This document shows positions 18,395 through 28,600 of a stretch of 64,000 nucleotides of DNA, piece by piece. The notes under the pieces were generated by a model, which saw nothing but the letters and a program-made list of their open reading frames with translations, searched no databases and was not told the DNA's origin. Origin of the DNA: Deltaproteobacteria bacterium (GTDB lineage: Bacteria; Myxococcota_A; Polyangia; Fen-1088); contig JANRKS010000005.1 in the NCBI GenBank assembly GCA_033763315.1, forward strand, positions 205,840-269,839, read 5' to 3'. Both the position numbers and the translations under genes were made by a program. How positions within the stretch are numbered: the first letter of the stretch is position 1; every line of letters begins with the position of its first letter.

Positions 18395-19057
18395 ATGACA
18401 AGAACGTCGTTTGCTTACGTGTGCTTCGCGTGCATATCTTGGGGCTGTGCGGCGGATCCGGCGCGCCGGGTTGATCCAGATGAACGCAGCGCCCTAGCCC
18501 ACCGACAAGAGGCGGCGCATGAAGCCCAAGCGGCGCATCACCATGAATCGCAGTATTCACCGAACGCGACGGAAGTGAGCCCATTTCGTGCGCGGTCGGG
18601 TGATGGTGATCTGACAGAAGCGACGGCGGTGGTGAACCCCACAGAAATCCATCTCACCCAGGCCCAGTGGCACAAAGCCCACGCTGAGGCGCACTTGAAG
18701 GCCGCGCAACAGCTTGAGCGTTTTGAAGACGAGGCTTGCAAGGGCACGCCTGTCAAAGAGCGCGCCGCTTGCCCGTTGCTGGGCCCCGTGACCCACATCC
18801 GCGATGTGGAGGGCGGTGTGGCCATCGACTTATCGCCGAAGGTCGACGCCGCGCAAGCCACGGCGGTCATGCGTTGCCATTACGCTTTTGCCCGCACGCG
18901 TGGGTTTGCTCCTGAAGCGGCCGCCTGCCCGCTTTACGTGCGAGGCCTAAACATTGAACAGGCCGGTGCCCACACGGTTGAGATCACCGCAAAAGATGCG
19001 GCAACGGTCAAACATGTGCGAGATTCTGCGCGCGCGGAAAGTGTTGCAGCTCCTTAG
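18395..19057 (+). CDS. Hypothetical secreted/lipoprotein, His-rich N-terminal region
   Basis: Strong RBS GAGGAGG 6 nt upstream of the ATG at 18395. 'FAYVCFACISWGCAADP' is signal/lipobox-like, then 'HRQEAAHEAQAAHHHESQY'. No known domain recognised. Confidence 0.35.
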   Translation: MTRTSFAYVCFACISWGCAADPARRVDPDERSALAHRQEAAHEAQAAHHHESQYSPNATEVSPFRARSGDGDLTEATAVVNPTEIHLTQAQWHKAHAEAHLKAAQQLERFEDEACKGTPVKERAACPLLGPVTHIRDVEGGVAIDLSPKVDAAQATAVMRCHYAFARTRGFAPEAAACPLYVRGLNIEQAGAHTVEITAKDAATVKHVRDSARAESVAAP

Positions 19058-19320
19058 TGGCGCTGTGTGCGTGCGGATCGAGCGACACAGCAACATCCAA
19101 CGCCGCACTCGATGAGTAGGATTCGTTACTGAATTGCTCAAGGCTTTCTGTCGTCCCGTCGATCTTCAAAGGTCGCGGACGGGTGAAGGTCAAGCAACGC
19201 AAACGCGCGACGATGGCGTCAGGAAAGCGACGCCAAATTGTCGTGTGATTCTGCGAACCAGGAACTTCACCACGGACCGCGTGTCAACGAATTGGCTCGC
19301 AACGGGGTGGAATCAGCGAA

Positions 19321-22300
19321 ATGCGCAACGGTCTTCAGCGACGTTCTGGGGTATGCGGACAAACAAAATGGCTGGCGTTGTTGCCATGCGCGGCGGTGCT
19401 TGCCGCCTGTGGAGGTGGCGGCGGTACGGTCAGCGTTGACGGTGGCGGCACTGTCTTGCCACCGGGGGTGGATGCCAACGAGATGGCTCCCTCGCCAGAC
19501 GAAGATGCGAATACCGTGTCGGGGATGGACGCCGACGACCGGGAATCAGGTGGCGTGGTTTCAGCACAGCGCCGCCCTCAGATGCTATCGGTTCCGCCGT
19601 CATTTGTGTTGACCACCGAAGAGTATTCGTACACCCCGAAGCATTCGTATGTGGGTGACACACAATGGAATGTTGTGTCTGCACCGCAGGGCGTAGCGGT
19701 GCGTGAACGCCGAGTGGTGGCGGATCCGGGCACGTTGCCGGCAGGCGATCACATGATCGTGATCGAAGCCAACGTGAACGACACAGTCGTGCGCCAGAGT
19801 TTCCCGTTGACCGTGGCGGAACCCGTGCAGCGCGCGGCTCGCCTCGTGACCTCCGATGAGCCCGCGCAGGTTTCCGTGCAATCGGAAGTGAGCCGCGTGC
19901 GGCGCTCGGCCGTGTCCGTGCCCGCCGGGGCCGTGGAGAACGACACAATCGTTTCCATCAACGAAGTGAGCCGCGTGCCCGCGCGTGCTGCGTTTAGCGC
20001 AGGCGGCCCCGTGGTTGACTTCGGCCCTTCAGGCACTGTTTTCCGCAAGCGCGCGACGGTCACGTTGCCACTTGATTCCACGACGATGGACCCAAACAAA
20101 GTCGGCGCTTTCACCTACAACACCAAAGCCGGTCGATGGGAGCCGGTCGAAGTTTTGGCCATAGACAAGCCCAACAAGCTTGTGATCGCGAAGGCGTCGC
20201 ACTTCTCGATGTACATGGCCGCGGAATCTGCCTTCGCCTTGGAAAGTTCCCTTGGGCTCATGCCGAACCCGCCGCGCTGTGAAGGCAATGTGTCCGCACA
20301 AAGCGTGCTTAAGGCGACAGACTCAGATGTTCCCGCCGCCTCTGTGAACAATCTTTCCGACGAGATGAAGGCGCTTCTGCCCGCTTCGGTTGACGCCGAT
20401 ATGGATGGCGTTCCTGAGAAGCAGGCCTCCGTTCGTGATCTGCTGTTATCAGGAAAGTTCCGCGGCACCTTGCGCTTTGTTTATGTGACGTCGTTGTTTG
20501 AAGGGGAGGAAGCGCAACGCGTGGAAGTGGGCCAACAGGCTTTGGCCGCCTCGCTGTTCGTCGGCGACGATGGCAAAGCATTGGTGACGCTGACCGACGC
20601 CGTTGGCAACGTGCTTGAATCCAAGACCTTCGCCGATGTGGCGAACAACTTGGCTGCCATGTGGCCGCGCCTCACGGGCGCTTCGTTGCACGCGATCTTT
20701 GCAGATGCACCCAAGACGGGCCTCAGCCTCGGCGCGCGCGTGCACATGATCTATTACCCCGACAACCGCACCTCCGAAGCGTTCGGCGTGGCGGATCTGG
20801 GGCAATCGCTGGTTGAAACGTCGCCAGGCGTCAGTGTTGATCCCATGGCGCGTGCCAACGATTACGACATCGACTGTGACCACTTGGTCGGCCAGTTCGA
20901 TGGCGATGACAGCCGGTTCAGCCCCGTTGTGAGCGCGACGCCTGAGGACGTCACGTCGATGTTCGTTGGCGAAACAGTACGCCTTTCGGCCACTGTGTTG
21001 AACGTGAGCTCGACCCCCGAAGCACAGTGGGACGCCGGTGGTGGCACGCTGACGCCAGCCGCGGATGACCCGGACGCCCGCCAATTCACGGCCTCGCAGC
21101 CGGGGCGATACTCGATCGTGTTCAAGGCAAAGTCTGGTACAACCGCCTTGTCGCACACGTTCGTGGTGGACGTGTCTGCGTTGCCGATCACCAACACGCC
21201 GCCGCAATGTTCCCCGCTTGCCAGCGCTGACACGGGCGTGGTGGGTGAGGTGGTTGCACTCAAGGCCTTGGTGCAAGACAAAGAATCACCAGCGGATGCC
21301 CTGACCGTGGAATGGGGGCTTTTGGATCCAGGCGCCGATCCCTTATCAACAGTCGATGATAAGTTGGTTGCTACAGGTCTTGTTGAAGGCGAGGGCATTG
21401 TTGGTACTTTGTCGCTAAAGAACGAGGGCACCTTCACAGTGGCCTGCCGTGCGTTCGATGGCAAAGTTTGGGGGGCGCCAGGCACCACGCGGGTGGCAGC
21501 GGTGGCCAAGGGCGTGAACCAAGCACCTACCGATGTGTTTCTGTCGCCTTCCGTGGCTGACTTGCTCGTGGGGCAAACGGTTCAACTTGCCTTGCGGGCC
21601 AGCGATCCTGAAGGCAAGCCGTTGACGTTCGTTTGGAAAGCAACGCTTGGAACAACCGGCGAGGACGTGCCGCTGTTGGGCGAGCCGTTTGCCATCGTGG
21701 GTGGCAGTGCAGTGGTGTTCACTGGTTCGCAGGCTGGCGTGTTTGAGGTCCGCGCCGATGTGTCCGATGGCGAATTCAAGGGCGAAACCCAGGTGGCGAA
21801 GATCCTGGTCCGGGAGAAGGCGCCCTCCAAGGTCGATATGGACCAAGACGGATTCTCGGCGGGCACAGGACCGGGCGAAGACTGCAACGACGCCGACGCC
21901 AAGATCAACCCCGGCGCCTTCGATATCTGTGGCAACGACGTGGATGAAAACTGCGACGGCGTGGTGTCAAAGGATGATTGCGACCGAGATGGTTGGAAGG
22001 TTTGTGCGGCGGGCGCTTCCGAGGGATGCGACTGCAACGACGGCAACGCGCAGGTGAGTCCCGCGGCGCGTGAGTTGTGTGACGGCAAAGACAACAACTG
22101 TGACGGCAAGGTGGACGAGAACTTTGGCGTGGGCCTCGCCTGTACCGTGGGCCTGGGTGCGTGCCAGAACTCGGGCAAAATGCAGTGTGCGCCAGATGGC
22201 CAACGGGCTTTGTGCGCTGGTGCGCCATTGGCGGCCAAGCCAGAGATTTGTGACGACGTTGACAACGACTGCGACCTGCTCGTTGACGAGGACAATATCT

Positions 22301-24948
22301 GCATCAAAGAGACCGCAGGTGTGTTCTTCAAGTGCGCTGTGCCTACGGCCACAGACGATCCCACGAAGTTCGCCAACTGTGGCGTGCTGGCCAATGAAGG
22401 CTTTCAGTTGCGCGACGACGGCGCGATCGTTTTGCTTTCCGCGCCCAAGGGTGCGATGTACTTCGATCCAAAGGCGGCCGCTTACTGCTGGTACAACCAA
22501 GGCACGTGGCGGCTGCGCGACTCTAAGTCGATGCTCGTGAATTTGCCCGATAGCCAAGGGCAAACGTCGAACGATGTCGTGGACATCCTGTCGCGCAGCG
22601 TTGACCGAATGACGATCGGCTTTGCGAATCCAGGGCCGAATATGGCCAAGATCCAGGACAACCGCCGCATCGCCGAAAAGACCACAGGCAAGTGCGATTT
22701 TGATCCGCGTTGCTCTTCACGGCCAGAGGTGTGTAACGGCGTTGACGACGATTGCGATGGCAAGGTCGATGAGGATCTTTCATGCCCCGCTACGTGTGAC
22801 AAAGATGGCAGAGACAACAACAACAACGGCAAGGTTGACGAGCCAGGCGAGCCTTGTGCACCCGCTTGCGACATGGACAAGGTTGACAACAACGGCAACG
22901 GGGTTGTCGATGAGGCGGGTGAGCAGTGCTCTGCCCCACCTGTGGCGTGTGACAAAGATGGCAAGGACAACAATCTGGACGGCAAGGTCGACGAGGCCGG
23001 TGAGCCGTGTTCCCCGCCATGCGACAAGGATCGCATCGACAACAACGGCAATGGCGTGGTGGATGAGTCTGGTGAGGTGTGTGGCCCTGCCGCGGCTTGT
23101 GACAAAGATGGCAGGGACAACAACAACAACGGCAAGGTTGATGAACCAGGTGAGCCTTGTGCACCGGCTTGCGACATGGACAAGGTTGACAACAATGGCA
23201 ACGGCGTTGTGGACGAAACGGGCGAGGCCTGTGGCCCAGCGGTGGGTTGTGACAAGGACGGCCGCGACAACAATGGCGACGGCAAGATCGATGAGCCCGG
23301 CGAGCTATGCGGCGGAACGTCTGTGGAGTGCGACCGAGACGGGCGTGACAACAACAATGACGGCCGCATTGATGAACTGGGCGAGCCCTGCGCGCCGCCG
23401 TGCGACGCTGACAAAATCGACAACAACGGCAACGGCATGGTGGATGAGGCGGGCGAAATGTGCGGCCCCGTTACAGCCTGCGACAAAGACGGACGCGACA
23501 ACAACAACAACGGCAAGGTTGACGAGCCAGGCGAGCCTTGCGCACCCGCATGCGACATGGATCGCATAGACAACAATGGCAACGGCACTGTGGACGAAGC
23601 GGCCGAGCCATGTGGTCCCGCGGTTTCGTGTGACAAGGACGGCAAAGACAACAACGGCAACGGCATGGTGGATGAAGCTGGCGAAGCTTGTGGTCCCGCT
23701 GTCGCGTGCGAAAAGGACGGCCGCGATAACAACAACGACGGACGAGTTGATGAAGCCGGTGAGCCGTGTGCACCACCATGCGACGCTGACAAGATCGACA
23801 ACAACGGCAACGGCATGGTCGATGAAGCCGGCGAGGCTTGTGGCCCACCTGTTTCGTGTGACAAGGACGGCAAAGACAACAACGGCAACGGCATGGTGGA
23901 TGAAGCCGGCGAAGCTTGTGGTCCCGCTGTCTCATGCGAAAAGGACGGCCGCGATAACAACAACGACGGTCGAGTTGATGAAGCCGGTGAGCCGTGTGCA
24001 CCACCATGCGATGCTGACAAGATCGACAACAACAGCGACGGTCGAGTTGATGAAGCCGGCGAGGCTTGTGGCCCGGCCGTGTCGTGCGACAAGGACGGCC
24101 GCGACAACAACGGCAACGGGATGGTGGATGAAGCCGGCGAAGCTTGTGGCCCACCTGTGTCGTGCGACAAAGATGGTAAAGACAACAACGGCAACGGCAT
24201 GGTCGATGAAGCTGGCGAGCCGTGTTCTGGCCCTGTGAGCTGCGACGCTGACAAGATCGACAACAACGGCAACGGCATGGTCGATGAAATCGGCGAGGCC
24301 TGTGGTCCGGCCGTGTCGTGTGACAAGGACGGCAAAGACAACAACGGCAACGGCATGGTTGATGAGCCAGGCGAGCCGTGTGTTGGCCCACCTGTGTCGT
24401 GTGACAAGGACGGCAAAGACAACAACGGCAACGGCATGGTGGATGAAGCCGGCGAGCCCTGTTCTGGCCCTGTCACGTGCGAGGCGGATCGCATCGACAA
24501 CAACGGCAACGGGATGGTGGACGAACCGGGTGAGCCATGCAATGCGCCCCAATACTGTGACAAAGATGGCAAGGACAACAACGGCAACGGCATGGTCGAT
24601 GAAGCCGGTGAAGCTTGTGGTCCGGCCGTATCGTGCGACAAGGACGACAAAGACAACAACGGCAACGGCATGGTGGATGAGCCAGGCGAGCCGTGTGTTG
24701 GTCCACCCGTGTCGTGCGACAAAGATGGTAAAGACAACAACAACAACGGCATGGTCGATGAAGCCGGCGAGCCATGCAATGCGCCCCAATACTGCGACAA
24801 GGACGGCATCGACAACAACGGCAACGGGATGGTGGACGAACCTGGCGAGCCATGCAATTCGCCTCAATACTGCGACAAGGACGGCAAAGACAACAACGGC
24901 AACGGCACGGTCGATGAAGCCGGAGAGCTTTGCGGTCCCATCAGCTAA
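19321..24948 (+). CDS. Giant (1875 aa) surface lipoprotein: Ig-like/beta-sandwich N-terminal half, canonical MopE-type metal-binding motifs, then 28 tandem Cys-Asp-Asn-rich MopE-like/Ca-binding-like modules
   Basis: Signal plus lipobox 'WLALLPCAAVLAACGGGGG'. Canonical PF11617-like units 'CNDADAKINPGAFDICGNDVDENCDG', 'CDGKDNNCDGKVDE' and 'CDDVDNDCDLLVDED' (aa ~840-1000). From nt 22795 there are 28 repeats of 'CDKDG[KR]DNN[GN]NGMVDE[AP]GE[AP]C' alternating with 'CD[AM]DKIDNNGNG' variants. Confidence 0.8.
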   Translation: MRNGLQRRSGVCGQTKWLALLPCAAVLAACGGGGGTVSVDGGGTVLPPGVDANEMAPSPDEDANTVSGMDADDRESGGVVSAQRRPQMLSVPPSFVLTTEEYSYTPKHSYVGDTQWNVVSAPQGVAVRERRVVADPGTLPAGDHMIVIEANVNDTVVRQSFPLTVAEPVQRAARLVTSDEPAQVSVQSEVSRVRRSAVSVPAGAVENDTIVSINEVSRVPARAAFSAGGPVVDFGPSGTVFRKRATVTLPLDSTTMDPNKVGAFTYNTKAGRWEPVEVLAIDKPNKLVIAKASHFSMYMAAESAFALESSLGLMPNPPRCEGNVSAQSVLKATDSDVPAASVNNLSDEMKALLPASVDADMDGVPEKQASVRDLLLSGKFRGTLRFVYVTSLFEGEEAQRVEVGQQALAASLFVGDDGKALVTLTDAVGNVLESKTFADVANNLAAMWPRLTGASLHAIFADAPKTGLSLGARVHMIYYPDNRTSEAFGVADLGQSLVETSPGVSVDPMARANDYDIDCDHLVGQFDGDDSRFSPVVSATPEDVTSMFVGETVRLSATVLNVSSTPEAQWDAGGGTLTPAADDPDARQFTASQPGRYSIVFKAKSGTTALSHTFVVDVSALPITNTPPQCSPLASADTGVVGEVVALKALVQDKESPADALTVEWGLLDPGADPLSTVDDKLVATGLVEGEGIVGTLSLKNEGTFTVACRAFDGKVWGAPGTTRVAAVAKGVNQAPTDVFLSPSVADLLVGQTVQLALRASDPEGKPLTFVWKATLGTTGEDVPLLGEPFAIVGGSAVVFTGSQAGVFEVRADVSDGEFKGETQVAKILVREKAPSKVDMDQDGFSAGTGPGEDCNDADAKINPGAFDICGNDVDENCDGVVSKDDCDRDGWKVCAAGASEGCDCNDGNAQVSPAARELCDGKDNNCDGKVDENFGVGLACTVGLGACQNSGKMQCAPDGQRALCAGAPLAAKPEICDDVDNDCDLLVDEDNICIKETAGVFFKCAVPTATDDPTKFANCGVLANEGFQLRDDGAIVLLSAPKGAMYFDPKAAAYCWYNQGTWRLRDSKSMLVNLPDSQGQTSNDVVDILSRSVDRMTIGFANPGPNMAKIQDNRRIAEKTTGKCDFDPRCSSRPEVCNGVDDDCDGKVDEDLSCPATCDKDGRDNNNNGKVDEPGEPCAPACDMDKVDNNGNGVVDEAGEQCSAPPVACDKDGKDNNLDGKVDEAGEPCSPPCDKDRIDNNGNGVVDESGEVCGPAAACDKDGRDNNNNGKVDEPGEPCAPACDMDKVDNNGNGVVDETGEACGPAVGCDKDGRDNNGDGKIDEPGELCGGTSVECDRDGRDNNNDGRIDELGEPCAPPCDADKIDNNGNGMVDEAGEMCGPVTACDKDGRDNNNNGKVDEPGEPCAPACDMDRIDNNGNGTVDEAAEPCGPAVSCDKDGKDNNGNGMVDEAGEACGPAVACEKDGRDNNNDGRVDEAGEPCAPPCDADKIDNNGNGMVDEAGEACGPPVSCDKDGKDNNGNGMVDEAGEACGPAVSCEKDGRDNNNDGRVDEAGEPCAPPCDADKIDNNSDGRVDEAGEACGPAVSCDKDGRDNNGNGMVDEAGEACGPPVSCDKDGKDNNGNGMVDEAGEPCSGPVSCDADKIDNNGNGMVDEIGEACGPAVSCDKDGKDNNGNGMVDEPGEPCVGPPVSCDKDGKDNNGNGMVDEAGEPCSGPVTCEADRIDNNGNGMVDEPGEPCNAPQYCDKDGKDNNGNGMVDEAGEACGPAVSCDKDDKDNNGNGMVDEPGEPCVGPPVSCDKDGKDNNNNGMVDEAGEPCNAPQYCDKDGIDNNGNGMVDEPGEPCNSPQYCDKDGKDNNGNGTVDEAGELCGPIS
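22795..24945 (+). repeat. Coding tandem repeat array, about 28 units of 66-75 bp (higher-order ~132-141-bp AB periodicity), with near-identical copies toward the 3' end
   Basis: Repeated DNA strings such as 'gacaaggacggcaaagacaacaacggcaacggcatggtggatgaagccggcga' recur many times in frame. The reverse strand yields long artefactual ORFs. Confidence 0.9.
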
Positions 24949-24972
24949 GATGATGTGAAACAGGCAGCGACC

Positions 24973-24992
24973 ACGCACGGCCCGTGCGTTTT
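24973..24992 (+). terminator. Weak candidate intrinsic terminator after the giant lipoprotein gene
   Basis: 'GCACG gccc CGTGC' short hairpin followed by GTTTT, 25 nt after the stop. Confidence 0.3.
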
Positions 24993-25040
24993 AGATCGGC
25001 CGTTTACCAACCGGGCGACGCGCGATAAGGTGCGGCAGCG

Positions 25041-25613
25041 ATGCGGCACCTTCGTGCGTGTTTTGGATTGCGTCATCTGCGCGTTTTGGCGTTCGGGTGT
25101 CTCGTGCGTTCATTGGCCTCACCAGCACACGCGGCTGACGCCCCTCCTGCTGCCGCGGGTTCCGAAGCGCTTGGCGGATCGGAAGCCGCGCGTGAGCTGT
25201 GGGCGGCGCAGACCGAGTTCGAGCGCCAACGGAAGAGCCCCGCGCTTGGGTTTGCGCTTGAGCTTGCGTTGCCGTCGCTGGGCAACTTCTACGCGCGTGA
25301 ACCGGAAGAAGGCACGTTGACGTTGACGGGCCTATTGATTGGCGGCTTCTTCTTGGCTGATGGTTACGGCTTGGTGTGCGAAACGTTTAAGCACGACGAC
25401 TCTGGCTGCAAACGCAAAACGTTCAGTCTGGTGCAAGGCTGGATCTTCGTGGTGGGCAGCCGTCTGTATGGCCTGACCAGCGCGCCCATGAATGTTGCGC
25501 GCTTCAATCGCGCTTTGCGTGCGCGCCTGGGCGTCGATGCCGCCTGGTCAATGAATGTGGTGCCATGGTTGGGCCCGCGGAACGCGGGCCTCGCGTTGGC
25601 GCTACGGTTCTGA
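25041..25613 (+). CDS. Hypothetical secreted/membrane protein
   Basis: Signal peptide 'MRHLRACFGLRHLRVLAFGCLVRSLASPAHA' and one internal hydrophobic segment 'LTLTGLLIGGFFLADGYGLV'. No domain recognised. Convergent with the giant ATPase gene. Confidence 0.35.
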   Translation: MRHLRACFGLRHLRVLAFGCLVRSLASPAHAADAPPAAAGSEALGGSEAARELWAAQTEFERQRKSPALGFALELALPSLGNFYAREPEEGTLTLTGLLIGGFFLADGYGLVCETFKHDDSGCKRKTFSLVQGWIFVVGSRLYGLTSAPMNVARFNRALRARLGVDAAWSMNVVPWLGPRNAGLALALRF

Positions 25614-25646
25614 GCTGGAGCTGGGGGGCCCTAACGGGCTGAGTGG

Positions 25647-28600
25647 CTACCGCACGTCGTCTGGCTGGCGTAACGCAGCGAGCAGCTGCTCGATCTTCTG
25701 CTCCAACGCACGACGATCTTCTAGGCTGCGAGCCGCCGCGCGCACAAGCGGGATCAGCGTGCGTTCAACGATCGCCACTTGCTGCCCCAACGCTTCTTCA
25801 ACGCCGCGAGGCGCCTCGGTTTGCACGGTGAGATTCACGGGGCGCTTCTCCATCGCATGCAAGATGGCGTCGAGGCGGCCCAGGTGATCGGCCAGCCAAT
25901 GCGGCAACCCATCGCCATCTTTCTTTTCCGTGGCGGTGGTTGTGGCACGCGGCTTTTCAAGCGCGCTGCGAATGCCTTGCAGTTGGCCGCCCAGATCTGA
26001 AAGTTGCCCCGTGACCCGGGTGACGGGATCGTCTTCGGCTCCACCCAGTTTTTTCACGCGAACAAATTCGTGCTTGATGTCGTTCCACCGCTTGGCTTGC
26101 GTGGGCGATAGGGTGCCGCGCAACTCCGCCAGCTTTAGCAAATTGGTTTCCGCGCCCGTGGTCAACGTTTGTGCCTCACCCACGTAGTGATCCTCAATCA
26201 GCCGATCCAGCTCCTCGGGCGTCATCGCGCCCACAACCTTCTCGGCAAGCTTGCTCATGTTGCGGTAACTGCCTTGCAGCTTGAACGGAGGCTCCGTGCG
26301 GAACTTATCGTCGGTGGAAGCAGACGCGATGTATTGCTGGTTCACCCGCAGCAGGGTTTTCTGCACCACCATCAGGCGCTCAAGCACGGCCTTGATGTCC
26401 GCAAGTTCCACCGCCGCATAACCGTGGCTTAGATCCGTGGTGGCGAGCACCTCGCCTTGCGCCATGCGGATCAATTTATAAATGTCGGCTTGGTCGCGCG
26501 TGGCAAGCGGCGCCAAAACGGGGTTTGATGTGATTGCGTTTTCAATGTAGCTCAGTGCAAAAACATCGTCTTTGCCCGAGAGAATGTCACCCAGATTGTA
26601 GGTGTCGGCACGGTTCGCGAGCATGTCGGGAATTTGGAAGCGATCTCCCGATTCGGTGTAGGGGTTGCCCGCCATCACCACGCAAAAACGTTTGCCGCGC
26701 ATATCATACGTGCGCGTGCGGCCCTTCCACACGCCTTCGATGCGGCGTTGAGCGTCGCACAGCGAAATGAACTTTTGCAGTAGCTCCGGGTGCGTGTGCT
26801 GGATGTCGTCGAGATAAAGCATCACGTTGTTGCCCATCTCCAACGCCAAGTTGATCTTCTCCACCTCTTGGCGCGCGGTGGCGTTCGGCGCTTCTTCGGG
26901 ATCGAGCGATCGCACCTCGTGCCCAAGCGAAGGGCCATTGACCTTCATGAACACCAGACCCAGGCGGCTGGCCACATACTCCATCAACGTGGTTTTGCCG
27001 TATCCCGGTGGGGAGATCACCAGCAGCAAACCCATCAGATCGGTGCGCTTCTTTTCGCCGGCGGCACCCATCTGTTTGGCGAGGTTGTCGCCCACGAGCG
27101 GCAAATAGACTTCGTTGACCAAGCGGTTGCGCACGAAAGACGTCAACACGCGCGGTTTGAACTCGTCTAGCCGCAACCGCGTACGCTCGCGTGCAAGCAA
27201 GGCCTGCCTTTGTTGCTTGTAATCGGCAAAGCCCGGCACGCGCTCGCTCACAAACCGTTGCAGCCGTGGCAAGAATTCATCAAGGCGCAGGCGTAAGGTG
27301 CCGTTCTCGATGCGCGGGTGGTTGCCCAACAAACCCGTGACTTCCGTCATCGTCCGCGCTGTCGAGGTGCCGCGGTCGAGCGTGCGTTCGGTGAGCAAGA
27401 GCGCCGCGACCTCTGGTGCAAAATGGGTTGCGTGGGCGTCTTGGTCGCCGGGGTTGGGGCGCGCCACGAACGCATCGATCCACGCGCGTGCCACGGCCAA
27501 GCGCGCCGCCAAATCGTCTTGCAGTGAGCGAAGGTCTTCTTCGAAGGCCAAACGTTGACCGCTGCGATCCAAATGCGCGGCGAAAGCCTCGCGAATGCTA
27601 AACGCCTCATGACTGCACACGAACCGAGGTTGCGTGGCCGCCAACTCTTCGATGAGGTACCTCGCTGCTGCAGGTGCCACGTCGGTCGCGCCGCGATCAG
27701 GCAGTTTCGCGGCGAAGGTGGCCACGGCGGTTTGCAGCTCTTGCGCCAGCTCCTCGTGCGCGCGCGTGGGACCCAACAGCGCGCGCAACCGTGCCAGGCT
27801 TCCGGCCTGCCGGTGCCACTTGTCGAGCGCCGAGGCTTCCACGCCTTCGGCCCAAAACAACGTGGCCAACGCCCGCGCCTGCGGCGAAAACCGCAGCAAC
27901 CCGGCCGCTTGTCGCAGATCCAGCAGCTTTTCGAGAATCGCCGTGGCATCCGCATCGTGCACGCCGCGTTCGTAGCCCTCGTCGTAACGTGAGGCCGCCG
28001 CTTTGCGCACGTGCTCTTGCAGCCCGCCTGGCGACAACCGCGCCTCTTGCAGCGCTGCAACAGACAGATTGCCTTGCCCCGCTTCCGCCGCAAACAGCAT
28101 ACTCGCCGCCAGGTATTCGCCGCGGTAGACATCGCTGGTCTCCGAAGCCAACGTTTGGCTCCAGTAGGGGCGCGTGGCGGCGAACGCCGTGTCCGTCACC
28201 GCTTCACGATAGTCAGTCCCGGTGACGGCAAGGGCCATCGCTTCACCTTCAGCCTGCGGCACCAGCGTCAGGTCCAGCGGCTGCGTGTTGACCGTGAACT
28301 TGTGTTTGCCTAGACGAATGACATTGTCGCCGTCTTCGTAAAGATCCAGCTTGTCCTTCAGGCCACGCAGCGCTTCTTGTTGGGCGCTTTTGACCTTCGA
28401 GCCGAGTTCGTCGGCGCGCGTGCCTTCGCCCAGCTCAACCAGGCGCACAGCGAGCTCGCGCACCTTCAAGATCATCGGGTCCGCGGCGAAGTAACCGTTC
28501 AATTCGTCCACGCTCTTGAGCGTTTGTGCGCGCCGACCCACGCCCTGCAAGATGCGTTCGGCGGCGGACATCAAATTCGCCGCGCGCCGTTGCCGCTCGT

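Noticed and set aside
22795-24945. Possible CRISPR array, given the regular ~66-bp periodicity
   Set aside because: The repeats are contiguous and in-frame, with no unique spacers of constant length, no leader and no cas genes. The periodicity is a protein-coding tandem repeat.
22482-24978. Long minus-strand ORFs (22482-24857, 791 aa; 23471-24391; 23932-24978) and extra plus-strand ORFs (22622-23569, 23576-24238, 24284-24958) inside the repeat array
   Set aside because: They are mirror or shifted translations of the in-frame 66-75-bp coding repeats, giving Ser/Pro/Leu-rich or Arg/Cys-rich low-complexity proteins with no start context. The plus-strand frame from 19321 is continuous and has a signal peptide and recognisable motifs, so these are artefacts of repetitive high-GC DNA.
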